A DNA stretch of 64,000 bases from Minisyncoccota bacterium. Lineage in GTDB: Bacteria; Patescibacteriota; Minisyncoccia; Phycocordibacterales; JABAAK01. The position numbers and the translations under genes are program-made. The notes under the pieces were generated by a model. It was not told where the DNA came from, did not search any database, and saw only the letters and a program-made list of their open reading frames with translations. The stretch spans positions 261,466-325,465 of the forward strand of contig OY282360.1 in the NCBI GenBank assembly GCA_958295675.1, given 5' to 3'. Shown here piece after piece: positions 37,477 to 49,400 of this stretch; position 1 is the first letter of the stretch, and each line of letters starts with the position of its first letter.

Positions 37477-40400
37477 ATGTATATACATAAAAAACTCTTT
37501 CTCACACGATGTATCGCACTCTGGGTAATACTCGCGCTGATGGTAACACTTATACCGACCGCCCCGTATGCCGTCGGTCAGGAAGAAAAGAAACCTGATG
37601 GGGGGGGTACGACAGATACACCGCAGGAAGCACCGGAGCAGCAAGCAGAAGCACCGCCGGAGCGTGTGTCGGACGGTGATGAAGAGGAGGAAGAACCTGC
37701 AGAGCAGGAGGAGAGTGAGGATGAAGAAACACCGGCACCAACGCTCAGCGGTCTCACGGTCTCGGATACCGATCTCAATGAACCGTTTGATCCTGCCGTA
37801 ACAACCTATACCGCCGATGTGGCACATAACAGCGAAACCGTAACAATCAGCGCGACACCGACGGACGAGACGGCAACTGTGGCATTTACTGATACAACAG
37901 ATGCCGACACAGACACGGTGGGACAGCAGGTCAATCTCACGGAAGGGGAGAACACGATAACGATAACGGTCACGGCGGAGGATGCCGTCGCAACACAGAC
38001 CTACACCCTGACAGTGACCAGAGCTGCGGAAGAGGAAGAAGAACAAGAAGAGGCGAATGAAAACGAAGAGCAAGAGGATGAAGAAGAGGCAGGAGAAGAA
38101 ACACCGGAAGAACGAGAGGAAGAGACAGCGGGTGGAGATGATGAAGAAGAACAAGAAGAGGAGGAAACACTGGAACCGATTGCAGAACCGGCACCGGAGC
38201 AACCACAAGCACAGCAGCAACAGCAGGCGCAACTTCCTGATGACGACACCGCGGATACGCAGGCGGCCCCGACCGGCAAGCTCGGTGTCAAGCTGAAATA
38301 CGATGCGACAGACGACACGGGAACATTGGAAGACAGCGTCACCAGTAATACCGCGCCGACACTGGCGGTCACGTCAACGACGAACTCATTTTTCGGCGGC
38401 GACAATGATACCGTTGAGGTGTACTACAAAAACTCGGCGTGTGCGACGGGCAGCGCGGTGCCGACCACGGCGTTTGACGCGAGCGGTACGGCACCGTCCG
38501 GCTGGACGAGATACGGCGCGAGCACGGGGGCACAGGCGCTGTCAACGCTGATTTATGTGTCGGCGGGCACCACTACCCTCACTGCCGGCACCTATTGCTT
38601 CTTCGTCGCGCACACCGCCGCCGGCACGACCACGACGCTCAGCAGCCACAGTGTGGGATACGAGGCGATAATAGACAATACCGCGCCGGTGCTCACTGCG
38701 TTCAAGATAGGGACCGGCAGTACGGCGACCTACGCGGTCACCGCCACGGACAACATGCCGCTTACCGGTAAGACGAAAGACAATGTCGCCGCGGGAAGCT
38801 GTACCGACACCACAACCACGGACAGCACCTGGACGGACTATGTCCGGGGAACAAACACCGGCACGGCGCACGATACCAACGGGAGGTGTGTCATCTTTTC
38901 TGATGTGGCGGGCAACAAGAAGGCGCAGCATCTCTTGGACAGTGCGTCCGTCACCGCCTTAACCACGCCCACGGCGCCCGTCGGATTCACTGCGGCGTGG
39001 AACGCGGCGGGAGTGACTCTCAACTGGACCGGTCCGACCGGCAGTACGGTCACCGGGTATCAAACGCAGCAGTGCGACGGCGACGGGAATACCTGCGGCT
39101 CGTGGACTGATATATCAGGAAGCAGCGCGACGACGGTGTCCCATGCGGTCACGGCGCTCTCGGCGAATACGGCGTACACCGTCAAACTCAGAGCGAGTAA
39201 CACGAACGGCGGCGGTTTTGAGGTGGTCGCGGTCGGCACGACGGGCACGGTGTACGATACGGACGGCGACGGCCTCATTGATATTAATACAATTGAAAAA
39301 CTCAACGCGATGCGGTGGGATTTAAACGGGAACGGGGTGGTGTCTTCCGCTGATGAGGGAACGAACTGGACATCCGGGAATGATACGAAATATACGGCGG
39401 TGTTTCCGACCGCGGCGACCTACCTGGGCTGTCCGGGACCGTGTGTCGGCTATGAGCTGACCGCGGACCTGGACCTTGATGATAACGATGCGGGCGACCG
39501 CACCGACGACACCTTCTACAATAGCGGCAGCGGTTGGGAGCCGATCGGTCCCAGCTACATCAACTCATACGCGGCAACATTCAACGGGAACGGGTTTATG
39601 ATTGATAATCTGTTCATTAACCGTGCAATAAATGGAGTCGGATTCTTCAATTATCTCACCGGCACGGTCACGGCGGTCGGCCTCCGCGATGCCGATGTGA
39701 GCAGCGACGGTCGCATAGGTATTCTCGTCGGCCAAAGTTACGGCACGGTCACGGCATCATTTGCTACGGGCTCGGTCAGCGGCGCAAATATCGTCGGTGG
39801 ATTGGTTGGAGGGATGCATGGTACATCATCGGTGGTGCAGGCGAGCTATACCAATGTGACGGTCAGTGGCACCGCTGATAATCTCGGCGTCGGCGGATTA
39901 GTGGGTTCCAATCACGGCGGCGATATTATCAACAGTTACGCGTATGGGGCGGCATCCAGCAGGAACCCGACGACCACACACCTCGGCGGACTCGTCGGCG
40001 GGACACACGGCAGATCCACGGTAACTGCCAGTTACCACGACAGTACGGTCACGTCGTCCGACGGATACAATACGCCTGCCACCGGCAAGACCACGGCGCA
40101 ATTGCAGTCGCCGACGGGCTACACGGGTATTTTCAGCGCCTGGGATGACAGCGATCTGGACGGAGACGGGAACAATGATACGCCGTGGGACTTCGGCTCA
40201 AACACGCAGTATCCCATCCTGTCCTTCGGCGGCCACCGGGTGGCGACGCAGCGGGATTCGGCGGGGAATCTCAGCGCGCTGACGATCTCGGCGGGCGCGT
40301 TGTCCCCGACCTTTAATGCGTACCGGTACCTCTACGATGTGGAGATACCGGCGGCTACCACGACAGTCACGGTCACGCCGACGGTGTTCACCTCGGGCGC

Positions 40401-43254
40401 GTCGGTGACGGTGAACGGCAGCACGGTCACGTCGGGTAGCCCGTCAGCGGCGATCACGCTCGCGGCGGTGGGCACGGCCACGACGATCACGATTGTCGTC
40501 ACGCCGTCGTCGGGTGACCCGCAGACCTACACGATCTCGGCGACCCGAAAGAATGATTATGACGATGATGATGACGGGCTCATTGATATACGCACGCATC
40601 AGCAATTGAATGCGGTGCGCTGGGATCTGGACGGCGACGGGATGCCGGCGGCGGTTGGGGAAATAGACCACCGGGCCGCGTTCTCGCACGCGATGGCCGG
40701 TATGGGCTGTACGACGGCCTGCACCGGCTATGAGCTCAGGGCGGACATTGATGTGGATACGGACGGAGACAATGACGGGACGTGGACGGGCGACGAGGCG
40801 AGTCCGACCGGGGACAGCGGTGATATGTACTACAACGGCGGGAGCGGCTGGCTGCCGATCGGCACGGCCACGAATTCATTCCGCGCGACCTTCAAAGGAA
40901 ACGGCTACACGATCGCGAACCTCTTTATTAATAGAAGCACGACGAATGATGCGGGGCTGTTCGGCCATGTCGGGGTGCCGTCCAACAGCCATACCCGCAT
41001 TGAGGGGGTGGGACTCAAAAATGCCTACGTCAGAGGAGCGGATAGGACGGGTGCGCTGGTGGGCAACAGTGAGAAGCCGGTCACGGCGAGCTGGGTGTCC
41101 GGCGTGGTCAGAGGAGGCGCGCAGGTCGGCGGGCTGATCGGGCTGAGCGAGGGCGAGGTGACAGCAAGCTATTCGCTGGCTTCGGTCACGGCGACGAACA
41201 AGGGAGGCGGGCTCATCGGCGAGCAGGACGGCGATACGATCACCGCGAGCTATGCCATCGGGAACGTGAGTGTCTCGGGAGCGACGGAGGGAGGACTGGT
41301 GGCGACGGCGACCAACACCCCCACCGAGACGAATACGTATTACAATAGCGAGACGACGACGCTGAGTGCCTCGGCGCTCGGCACGGCGAAGACGAGCGCG
41401 CAGCTCACGGCGCCGACGGGCTACACGGGTATATATGCAAACTGGAATGTGGATGTGGGCGGCACGAGTGCGGCGGATGATCCGTGGAGCATTGCCGCGG
41501 GCAGGTACCCGGTCCTGAAATACGGCGCGGGGGCGGATACGGCGCAGCAGGCGGCGGAGCAACTGCCGGCAGCTCCGCAGGGGCTCACCGCGGTGGCCGG
41601 TAATACGGAAATCACGGTCTCCTGGACGAATCCGAACGACCCGACGATCACGAAATATCAATACAAACGAAAAGTCGGCACCGGCAACTACGACGCGAGT
41701 TGGACGGACATCCCGGGCGTGGGCGCGACCGGCACCTCCTACACCTTCACGGGGCTCACGAACGGGACCGTCTATCAGTACAAAATTCGCGCGGTGAACG
41801 CGGCGGGCAATAGCGCGGAAGCGGAAACGACGGCGGCTACCCCGGCGATTGCCACCTCTGCTGCCCCCGCTTCGGTCACGCTCGCGCGGGACGCGGACGC
41901 CATTGATCCCTACACCGGCACGGGCACCCACCGCACCAGAGACACCACCCCGACTATTTCATTCACCGCGGTCTCCGGCGCGACCACGACGGTGCAGTAC
42001 CGGCAGGGAGCCAGCGGCGCGTTCAGCGCCACCGGGGTCACGCACACCGGTACTGGCTCGGACACCTCCCGCACCGCCACGCTTCCCGCACTCAGCACCA
42101 ACGGCACCTATCAGGTGGAGATTACCCAAACGGAGAGCGGCAAAGCGGCGCAAAAGAGCACCTACGACTTTATGCTTGACACGGAGGCACCAACCGTCAA
42201 TGCCGGATTTATTAAAAACAATGTAAACGCCTCGGGCGGTGTTGACTATTTCGGTGTAGATGGTGTTCTCATCGTCTCATTTACCTTTAATGAGGATATC
42301 GCCGCATCACAGACCATCACCGGAAAGTTCGTGAACGACGCGGCGGATATTCCGGCATCGGGCGGCAGCCATCACGCCATCTCGGTGAACCGTATCAATG
42401 CGACCAAGCAAACCCTCACCCTCAGCGTCAGAGACGAGGGACCTGATGTCGCCGTAGACGACCTGAAATATCAGATCACCAACGGCACGGCACTCACTGA
42501 CCTCGCCGGCAACGCGCTCGGCGCGCAAAGTGTCACCGGTATCGCGAACGTTGCGATAGACACGACGAAGCCGACGCTCACCCCGACCAAGGTGGGCACC
42601 GGCAATGCGGCGACCTACAAAGTCAGTGCGACGGACAACTCCCCGCCCCTCGCCGGCAGGACGAAGGACAATGTCGCCGTGGCTAACTGCACGGACAATG
42701 CGGTCACGACAACCGCTGCGGGCTGGTCGGGGTACACGCCCGGAACGAACGCCGGCACCGCGGACGACACCAACGGCAGGTGTGTCGTTATCACGGACGT
42801 GGCCGGCAACAGCAAGGCGCAGCATCTTTCGGATGGGGATAATGCTATTACCGCCGACTTCACCCTGGACATCACCGGCAATGGCACGGCAAACTATCTG
42901 GATGCCATTGTCCACTACTACTATGCGCAGAATCCCAATGATCAACCGACGGGCGGCGCGGTCATGGCGAACTTTATCAATGCGAACGACTTTCCGGTGA
43001 AGACAGGGAGCCCGATCACCACAGCAGATATCTACACAACGATGCAGAATTCCGCTGCGACGCGCGACTTCACCGGCAACGGCACGGCAAACTACCTGGA
43101 TGCCATTGTCCACTACTACTACGCGCAGAATCCCAATGATCAACCGACGGGCGGCGCGGTCATGGCGAACTTTATCAATGCGAACGACTTTCCGGTGAAG
43201 ACAGGGAGCCCGACCACCACAGCGGCTATCTACACGCTGCTTCAAGGATTGTGA
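37477..43254 (+). CDS. Giant secreted surface protein G5 (about 1925 aa): signal peptide, 1 cadherin-like domain, Ig-like domains, FN3, Ca-loop + GLUG region, internal cadherin-like domain, second beta-helix region, FN3, Ig-like domains, C-terminal tandem dockerin-like modules
   Basis: Start at 'MYIHKKLFLTRC'. Same module vocabulary as G3 and G6. C-terminal modules at 42855-43251 end 'LLQGL*'. Confidence 0.8.
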   Translation: MYIHKKLFLTRCIALWVILALMVTLIPTAPYAVGQEEKKPDGGGTTDTPQEAPEQQAEAPPERVSDGDEEEEEPAEQEESEDEETPAPTLSGLTVSDTDLNEPFDPAVTTYTADVAHNSETVTISATPTDETATVAFTDTTDADTDTVGQQVNLTEGENTITITVTAEDAVATQTYTLTVTRAAEEEEEQEEANENEEQEDEEEAGEETPEEREEETAGGDDEEEQEEEETLEPIAEPAPEQPQAQQQQQAQLPDDDTADTQAAPTGKLGVKLKYDATDDTGTLEDSVTSNTAPTLAVTSTTNSFFGGDNDTVEVYYKNSACATGSAVPTTAFDASGTAPSGWTRYGASTGAQALSTLIYVSAGTTTLTAGTYCFFVAHTAAGTTTTLSSHSVGYEAIIDNTAPVLTAFKIGTGSTATYAVTATDNMPLTGKTKDNVAAGSCTDTTTTDSTWTDYVRGTNTGTAHDTNGRCVIFSDVAGNKKAQHLLDSASVTALTTPTAPVGFTAAWNAAGVTLNWTGPTGSTVTGYQTQQCDGDGNTCGSWTDISGSSATTVSHAVTALSANTAYTVKLRASNTNGGGFEVVAVGTTGTVYDTDGDGLIDINTIEKLNAMRWDLNGNGVVSSADEGTNWTSGNDTKYTAVFPTAATYLGCPGPCVGYELTADLDLDDNDAGDRTDDTFYNSGSGWEPIGPSYINSYAATFNGNGFMIDNLFINRAINGVGFFNYLTGTVTAVGLRDADVSSDGRIGILVGQSYGTVTASFATGSVSGANIVGGLVGGMHGTSSVVQASYTNVTVSGTADNLGVGGLVGSNHGGDIINSYAYGAASSRNPTTTHLGGLVGGTHGRSTVTASYHDSTVTSSDGYNTPATGKTTAQLQSPTGYTGIFSAWDDSDLDGDGNNDTPWDFGSNTQYPILSFGGHRVATQRDSAGNLSALTISAGALSPTFNAYRYLYDVEIPAATTTVTVTPTVFTSGASVTVNGSTVTSGSPSAAITLAAVGTATTITIVVTPSSGDPQTYTISATRKNDYDDDDDGLIDIRTHQQLNAVRWDLDGDGMPAAVGEIDHRAAFSHAMAGMGCTTACTGYELRADIDVDTDGDNDGTWTGDEASPTGDSGDMYYNGGSGWLPIGTATNSFRATFKGNGYTIANLFINRSTTNDAGLFGHVGVPSNSHTRIEGVGLKNAYVRGADRTGALVGNSEKPVTASWVSGVVRGGAQVGGLIGLSEGEVTASYSLASVTATNKGGGLIGEQDGDTITASYAIGNVSVSGATEGGLVATATNTPTETNTYYNSETTTLSASALGTAKTSAQLTAPTGYTGIYANWNVDVGGTSAADDPWSIAAGRYPVLKYGAGADTAQQAAEQLPAAPQGLTAVAGNTEITVSWTNPNDPTITKYQYKRKVGTGNYDASWTDIPGVGATGTSYTFTGLTNGTVYQYKIRAVNAAGNSAEAETTAATPAIATSAAPASVTLARDADAIDPYTGTGTHRTRDTTPTISFTAVSGATTTVQYRQGASGAFSATGVTHTGTGSDTSRTATLPALSTNGTYQVEITQTESGKAAQKSTYDFMLDTEAPTVNAGFIKNNVNASGGVDYFGVDGVLIVSFTFNEDIAASQTITGKFVNDAADIPASGGSHHAISVNRINATKQTLTLSVRDEGPDVAVDDLKYQITNGTALTDLAGNALGAQSVTGIANVAIDTTKPTLTPTKVGTGNAATYKVSATDNSPPLAGRTKDNVAVANCTDNAVTTTAAGWSGYTPGTNAGTADDTNGRCVVITDVAGNSKAQHLSDGDNAITADFTLDITGNGTANYLDAIVHYYYAQNPNDQPTGGAVMANFINANDFPVKTGSPITTADIYTTMQNSAATRDFTGNGTANYLDAIVHYYYAQNPNDQPTGGAVMANFINANDFPVKTGSPTTTAAIYTLLQGL
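42855..43251 (+). other. C-terminal tandem dockerin-like modules of G5
   Basis: Variant 'NPNDQPTGGAVMANFINANDFPVKTGSP', occurring twice. Confidence 0.5.
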
Positions 43255-43330
43255 TTGTAGTGCCGGAAAAGACGATCGGGCAGTACACCTTGGCGGGGAG
43301 GTGGGGAAGAGTAGCACTGTCTCGGGATAG

Positions 43331-43408
43331 TAAGATTATCCACCTGTAATAAATAATGCGATAATATAGCAAGTATACTGCCCGTGTGTACAGCACAGAT
43401 ATTATTGT
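43331..43408 (+). promoter_or_regulatory. Conserved promoter/5'-leader cassette upstream of G6
   Basis: 'taagattatccacctgtaataaataatgcgataatatagcaagtatactgcccgtgtgtacagcacagatattattgt' then ATG. Confidence 0.5.
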
Positions 43409-46400
43409 ATGTATATAACTAAAGAACTCTTTCTTACACGATGTATCGCACTGTGTGTGATACTCGCATTACTCGGCACACTCATTCCGACCGCTCCGTA
43501 TGCCGTCGGTCAGGAAGGAGAAACGCCTGAAGAGGGGGGTGCGACGAACACACAACAGGAAGCACCGGAGCAACAGGCAGAAGCGCCGCCGGAGCGTGTA
43601 TCGGATAATGAAGAACAAAGTGAACCGACCGGGAGTGGTGAAGAAGAAAACGAAGAACAGGAAGATGAGGAAGAGGAAGCAGCACCAATACTCAGCGGTC
43701 TCACGGTCTCGGACACCGATCTCAACGAACCATTTGATTCTACCGTAACAACCTATACCGCTGATGTGGCGAATACTATTGAAACAGTAACAATCAGCGC
43801 GACACCGACGGACGACATCATGACCGTCACCTACGATCCGACCGATACCGACACGGAAGAAGACGGACACCAAGTCAATCTCACAGAAGGAGAGAACACC
43901 GTAACGATAACAGTAACCGCAGAGGACGGGGTAACGGTGCAGACCTATACGCTCACCATCACCAGAGCGGCGGAAGAGGAAGAAGAGAGTGAACCCGAAG
44001 ATGATAATACACAACCTGCAAATGAGCCGGCGGACGACGAAGAGGAGGAAGCAGAGGAAAATGAGGAATCAGAAGAAGAGGAAAACGAAGAGCAGGAAGC
44101 ACCGGCACCAACGCTCATCGGTCTTACGGTCTCGGACACTGATCTTAACGAAACATTTGACCCTACTGTTACAACCTACACCGCCGATGTGGCGAATACT
44201 ATTGAAAATGTGACGGTAACAGCAACCGCAGACAATACAATGACCGTGGCATTTACTGATACAACGGATGCCGACACGGAAGAAGACGGACAGCAAGTCA
44301 ATCTCACGGAAGGAGAAAACACCGTAACGATAACGGTAACCGCAGAGGACGGGGTAACGGTGCAGACCTACACCCTGACAGTGACCAGAGCGGCGGAAGA
44401 GTCGAGTGAACCCGAGGATGACGATACACAACCTACAAATGAGCCGGCGGACGACGAAGAAGAAACTGTAGAGGAAGAGGAGGGTGAAGAAGAAAGTGAA
44501 GAGGAAGAAGAACAAGAAGAGGCGAATGAAAACGAAGAGCAAGAGGATGAAGAAGAGACAGGAGAAGAAACACTGGCACCAACGCTCAGCGGTCTCACGG
44601 TCTCGGATACCGATCTTAACGAACCATTTGATTCTACCGTAACAAGTTACACGGCTGATGTTGCAAATGACATTGAGAATGTAACGGTTACGCCGACCGC
44701 AGACGATACGATGACCGTAGCATTCACCGACACGACGGATGCCGACACGGAAGAAGAAGGACACCAAGTTAATCTAACAGAAGGAGAGAACACCGTAACG
44801 ATAACGGTCACGGCACAGGACGGGGTAACGGTGCAGACCTACACCCTAACGATCACCAGAGCTGCGGAAGAAGAACAAGAAGAGGAAGAAGAATCCGTAG
44901 AGCAAGAGGATGAAGAAGAGGAGGAAACACCGGCACCGACCGCGGAGCCCGCACCGGAACAACCGCAGCCACAAACACAACAGCAACAGCAGGCGCAACT
45001 GCCTGATGATGACACCGCGGGCACGCAGGGTGCTCCGTCAGGTGCGCTGATACTGATTTTAAAACCGTCTTCCGACTCACACCGCCACGGCACCATTGAC
45101 GCAGTAACCGCGCTCCCCGGATCTCCGACGGACGGCACCATGATTCGGTTCACCGCATCGGCGACATCACTCACAAACACCTACGAAACCAACGGCATCA
45201 CGGTGAAAACGACCGCCGCGGTCAACGATATGTTCCGGTATGAAAGTACCGGCACCAAGTGGGTCTTTATGGGAAACGGTGCCACCACAGCCGGCATCAG
45301 TTCGGATGTTGACGGGATTACGAATGACGATACACCGACCTTTACTATAAAAAGTTCCGACGGCGGAAACTTCGGCGGTGGCGGTGGCGGGGATGAAGCT
45401 TTTTTCCTATTTAAAAAAGATCAGGGGTGTGCGGGACTCTCCAAACCGTCAGGGGCATATCTCGACATCAGCGAAGTGCTGGGGTGGTCGCAGGCGTCCT
45501 ATCAAACTAGTGAGACCAATGCATATGATGCGCAAATCGTGACACAGAGTATCGAGAAGATATGTTTGAGTGCAGGATTTACAGACGATGGGCAGAACAC
45601 CAGTAACTGGAGTGAATTACTTGAGGTGACGATAGACACCACGGCGACCACACCGACAGTCGCTATCACCTCCGGTGTCGGTACAAGCAACCCGACGGTG
45701 CGGGTGTCGTCGCTTGAACCGGGCGGCGCAACGGCGCAGCTGTTCAGTGATTCGTCCTGCTCCTCATCAATCAGCGGCACGGCGACCACCGGCGCGTCTG
45801 AGACGCACAAGGATATAACCACAACCACAAGTGTCGCCGCGGATGCGAGCATCTACGCGAAGCAGACAGATGTTGCCGGCAACACGGCCTGCAGTGCCGC
45901 GGTGGTGAATGCGGTGCCGTCCGCAGCGGTGAGCGATATTGATCTGAAAACAGGCAGCGACACCGGCACGCAGGACGACGACATCACGAGCGATACCACG
46001 GCACCGGAGATAGGATTCACGCAGGTGGCAGGTGCGACCATTACCGCCCGCTATCGCAAGGTGGGAGGATCGTGGACAGCTATACAATCAGGAAGTATCA
46101 CGGCGACGGGAACCGCGGGTACAATCACCCTACCGCTTCTCACGGCGGGTGACGGCGCGTACGAGGTGGAGATAACACAGGATGATGATGGCAACGGCGC
46201 GAGGAGTCCGACAGCGACGACCTACATGTTCACGCTTGATATCACCGCACCGACGGTTTTCACCAGTATTACGCCGGCAGTGCCGTCAGGCACCCCGACG
46301 AAGTTCTCGCGTACCGGCGGGGTCACGGTGGCGTTGAGCAATGAAGACAGATTCGGCTCCGCTACCTCTCTCTCCGCGGACGGCACGCTGATGGCGGTGG

Positions 46401-49400
46401 GGGTTCCGGACGACGATGACCGGGGGAGCGACAGCGACGGTGACAATAGGGGCGCGGTGTACCTCTTTCAAAAATCAGGTGCCACCTGGCAAAAGATACA
46501 CAAGTTCTCCGACCACACCGGCAGCGCGGTGACCAGAACCCGGTTCACCTCGGCAGTGACGGATGTTGATCTGAGCGACGGTGACAATTTCGGCTCCGGC
46601 GTTTCCCTCTCGGCAAGCGGCACGCTGCTGGCGGTGGGCGCGCGAAATGACAACACCGGCAGCGATAACAAAGGTGTGGTCCACCTTTTTCAAAAATCAG
46701 GCACCGCCTGGTCGCGGGTGCACACATTCTCCGACCACACCGCAAGCACCAACACGGAAACCCGTTTCACGACAGCGGTAACAGATGTTGATATATCAAG
46801 CAATGCCAATTTCGGTTCCGCTGTATCCCTCTCGGCAAGCGGTACGCTGTTGGCGGTGGGAGCGTCAGCAGCGGCACCCAACTCAAAAGGCGCGGTGTAC
46901 CTCTTTGAAAAAACAGGTGCCTTGTGGTCGCAGTCACTCAAAATCTCCGATAACGAGGGCGGATCGGGACTCCTTGATGTTGGTCTATATACCGATGAAA
47001 GCTTCGGCACCGCTACCTCCCTCTCGGCAAGCGGCACACTGCTGGCGGTGGGCGCACCATCAAACGATGATGGCGGTATCGAAAAGGGCGCGGCCTACCT
47101 CTTTGAAAAAACAGACGGCTCGTGGGCGAAGACACTGAAGATATCCGATAACGGCGGCGGCGAAGAACTCTTGGATATCAATTTGACTAACGGCGACCAC
47201 TTCGGATCCGCCGTCTCGCTTGCCGGTACGGCACTGGCGGTGGGGGCGTATGATACCGGCACCTTTAACGAAGGATCAATCCACCTTTTTGAAAAATCAC
47301 GCGCCGGATGGTCAAAATCGCTTGAAATATCAGAAAACAGCGGCGGCATGGGGCTCCTGAATATCAGTTTGGACAACGAAGACGAGTTCGGCTCCGGTGG
47401 CTCCCTCTCTGCGGACGGCACAGTGCTGGCAGCGGGCGCGCCTGCTGACGATGACGGCGGCGATGCCAGCGGCGCGGTGTACCTGTATGGTGTCTCGCCG
47501 GTGACAACCGCCCGCGCCGCGACGGTCGCCGCATTTGATGACGAAGACAGCAGCACGATGAAGTATGTGAAAATCAGTGACAGCACCTGCACGGCGGCAC
47601 AGTTCACGGGCGATGCGGGAACGACATATACCGAGGAGAGCGCGATTATCGCCAACACCTTCAGTACCGACAACGGGAAGCGGTTCTGCTTCCGCGTGCA
47701 GGATGCGGCGGGGAATATCGGCTATGGCAGCTCCGTCGCTATTACCATCACCGCGCCGCCGGCACCGCCGGCAACCCCCGACGGTCTCACCGGCACCTGG
47801 ACAACAACGGGGGTTACCCTCAACTGGACTGATCCGAATGACAATGCGATCACAAAGTATCAATACCAACAGTGTGATAGCACCGGTGCCACCTGCGGAT
47901 CATGGACTGATGTGGCGAGCAGCGGTCCGACCACGGTCACGCACCCCATCACCAGTCTCACGGCGAACACGGGATACACCTTCAAACTCAGGGCGGTCAA
48001 TGCGAGCGCGAACAGCACCGCCGCATCCATCGTCGGCACCACAGGCACGGTGTACGACACGGACACTGACGGGCTCATTGATATCAATACAATTCAAAAA
48101 CTCAACGCGATTCGGTATGACCTGAACGGAGACGGTACCCCCGCATCAGGACAGGGGACAAACTATACGGTCGGTTTCCCGAATGGAGCAACACACCTCG
48201 GCTGTCCGGGACCCTGCACCGGCTACGAGCTGACGGCGGACCTGGACTTGAACGATGAGACCGCCGGCATCCGAACCGACGACACCTACTACAACGGCGG
48301 CAGCGGTTGGGAACCCATCGGCACCGCCACGGATTCGTTCACGGGAACCTTCAACGGCAGGGGATTTGTCATTAATAATCTCTCAATTAACCGCACGACC
48401 GGCACGGTCGGACTCTTCGGGAATATAGGGAGCGGCGGTACGGTCACGGCAGTCGGCATCCGTAATGCCGATGTGAACGGCGGCACCAACAACGCCGGCG
48501 CGCTCGCCGGCAGCAGTGCCGGCACGATTACCGCGAGTTTCTCCGCGGGAACTGTTGCAGGCGGCGACGGAACCGGCGGCTTAGTGGGAGACAACAGCGG
48601 CACAGTGGAGGCGAGCTACAGCACCGCGACGGTGACGGGCACGGGAGACGCGGTCGGCGGACTGGTCGGCAGCAGTACCGGATCCGGCACGCTCATTCGC
48701 GCGAGTTACGCGCTCGGCGCGGTAACCAGCGCGACAAACTCAACGCAAGCCGGCGGACTAGTCGGCACCAACAGAACCGGCGCGGCGGTAACCGCCAGTT
48801 ACCACAACAGCGCGGCGACCTCACAGAACGGCGAGGGCGGTGCCACCGGCAAAACACCGACACAACTGCAAACACCGACGGGCTATACCGGTATCTACGC
48901 GACATGGGATGACAATGATATAGACGGAAGTGGCGGGAATGATGCGCCGTGGGACTTCGGTTCAAACGGTCAGTATCCCGTCCTGTCGTTCGGAGGGCAT
49001 CGGACAACAATGCAGCGGTCTGGCGCGGTGACCTCGGTCACCCTCGCCGCTGACGGCAGCAGTATCGCTCCCTACACCGGCACAGGCACCCACCGCACCA
49101 GAGACGCTACCCCCACCATTTCATTCACCGCGGTCGCGAACGCGACCACCACCGTGAAATACCGGCAGGGAACCAGCGGCGCGTTCACCGACACCGGAGT
49201 TACCCATTATATCAACACCGGTCCAAGCACGAGCCGCAACGCCCTGCTCCCGACGCTCAACACCAACGGTACCTATCAGGTAGAAGTCACGCAGGATGAA
49301 GATGGGGTGGGCGGCAAGACAGCAAGCATATTTACCTATACCTTTATCTTTGACACGCTGTCGCCGACCGTCACCCCCACCATCGCGAAAACCGGACACA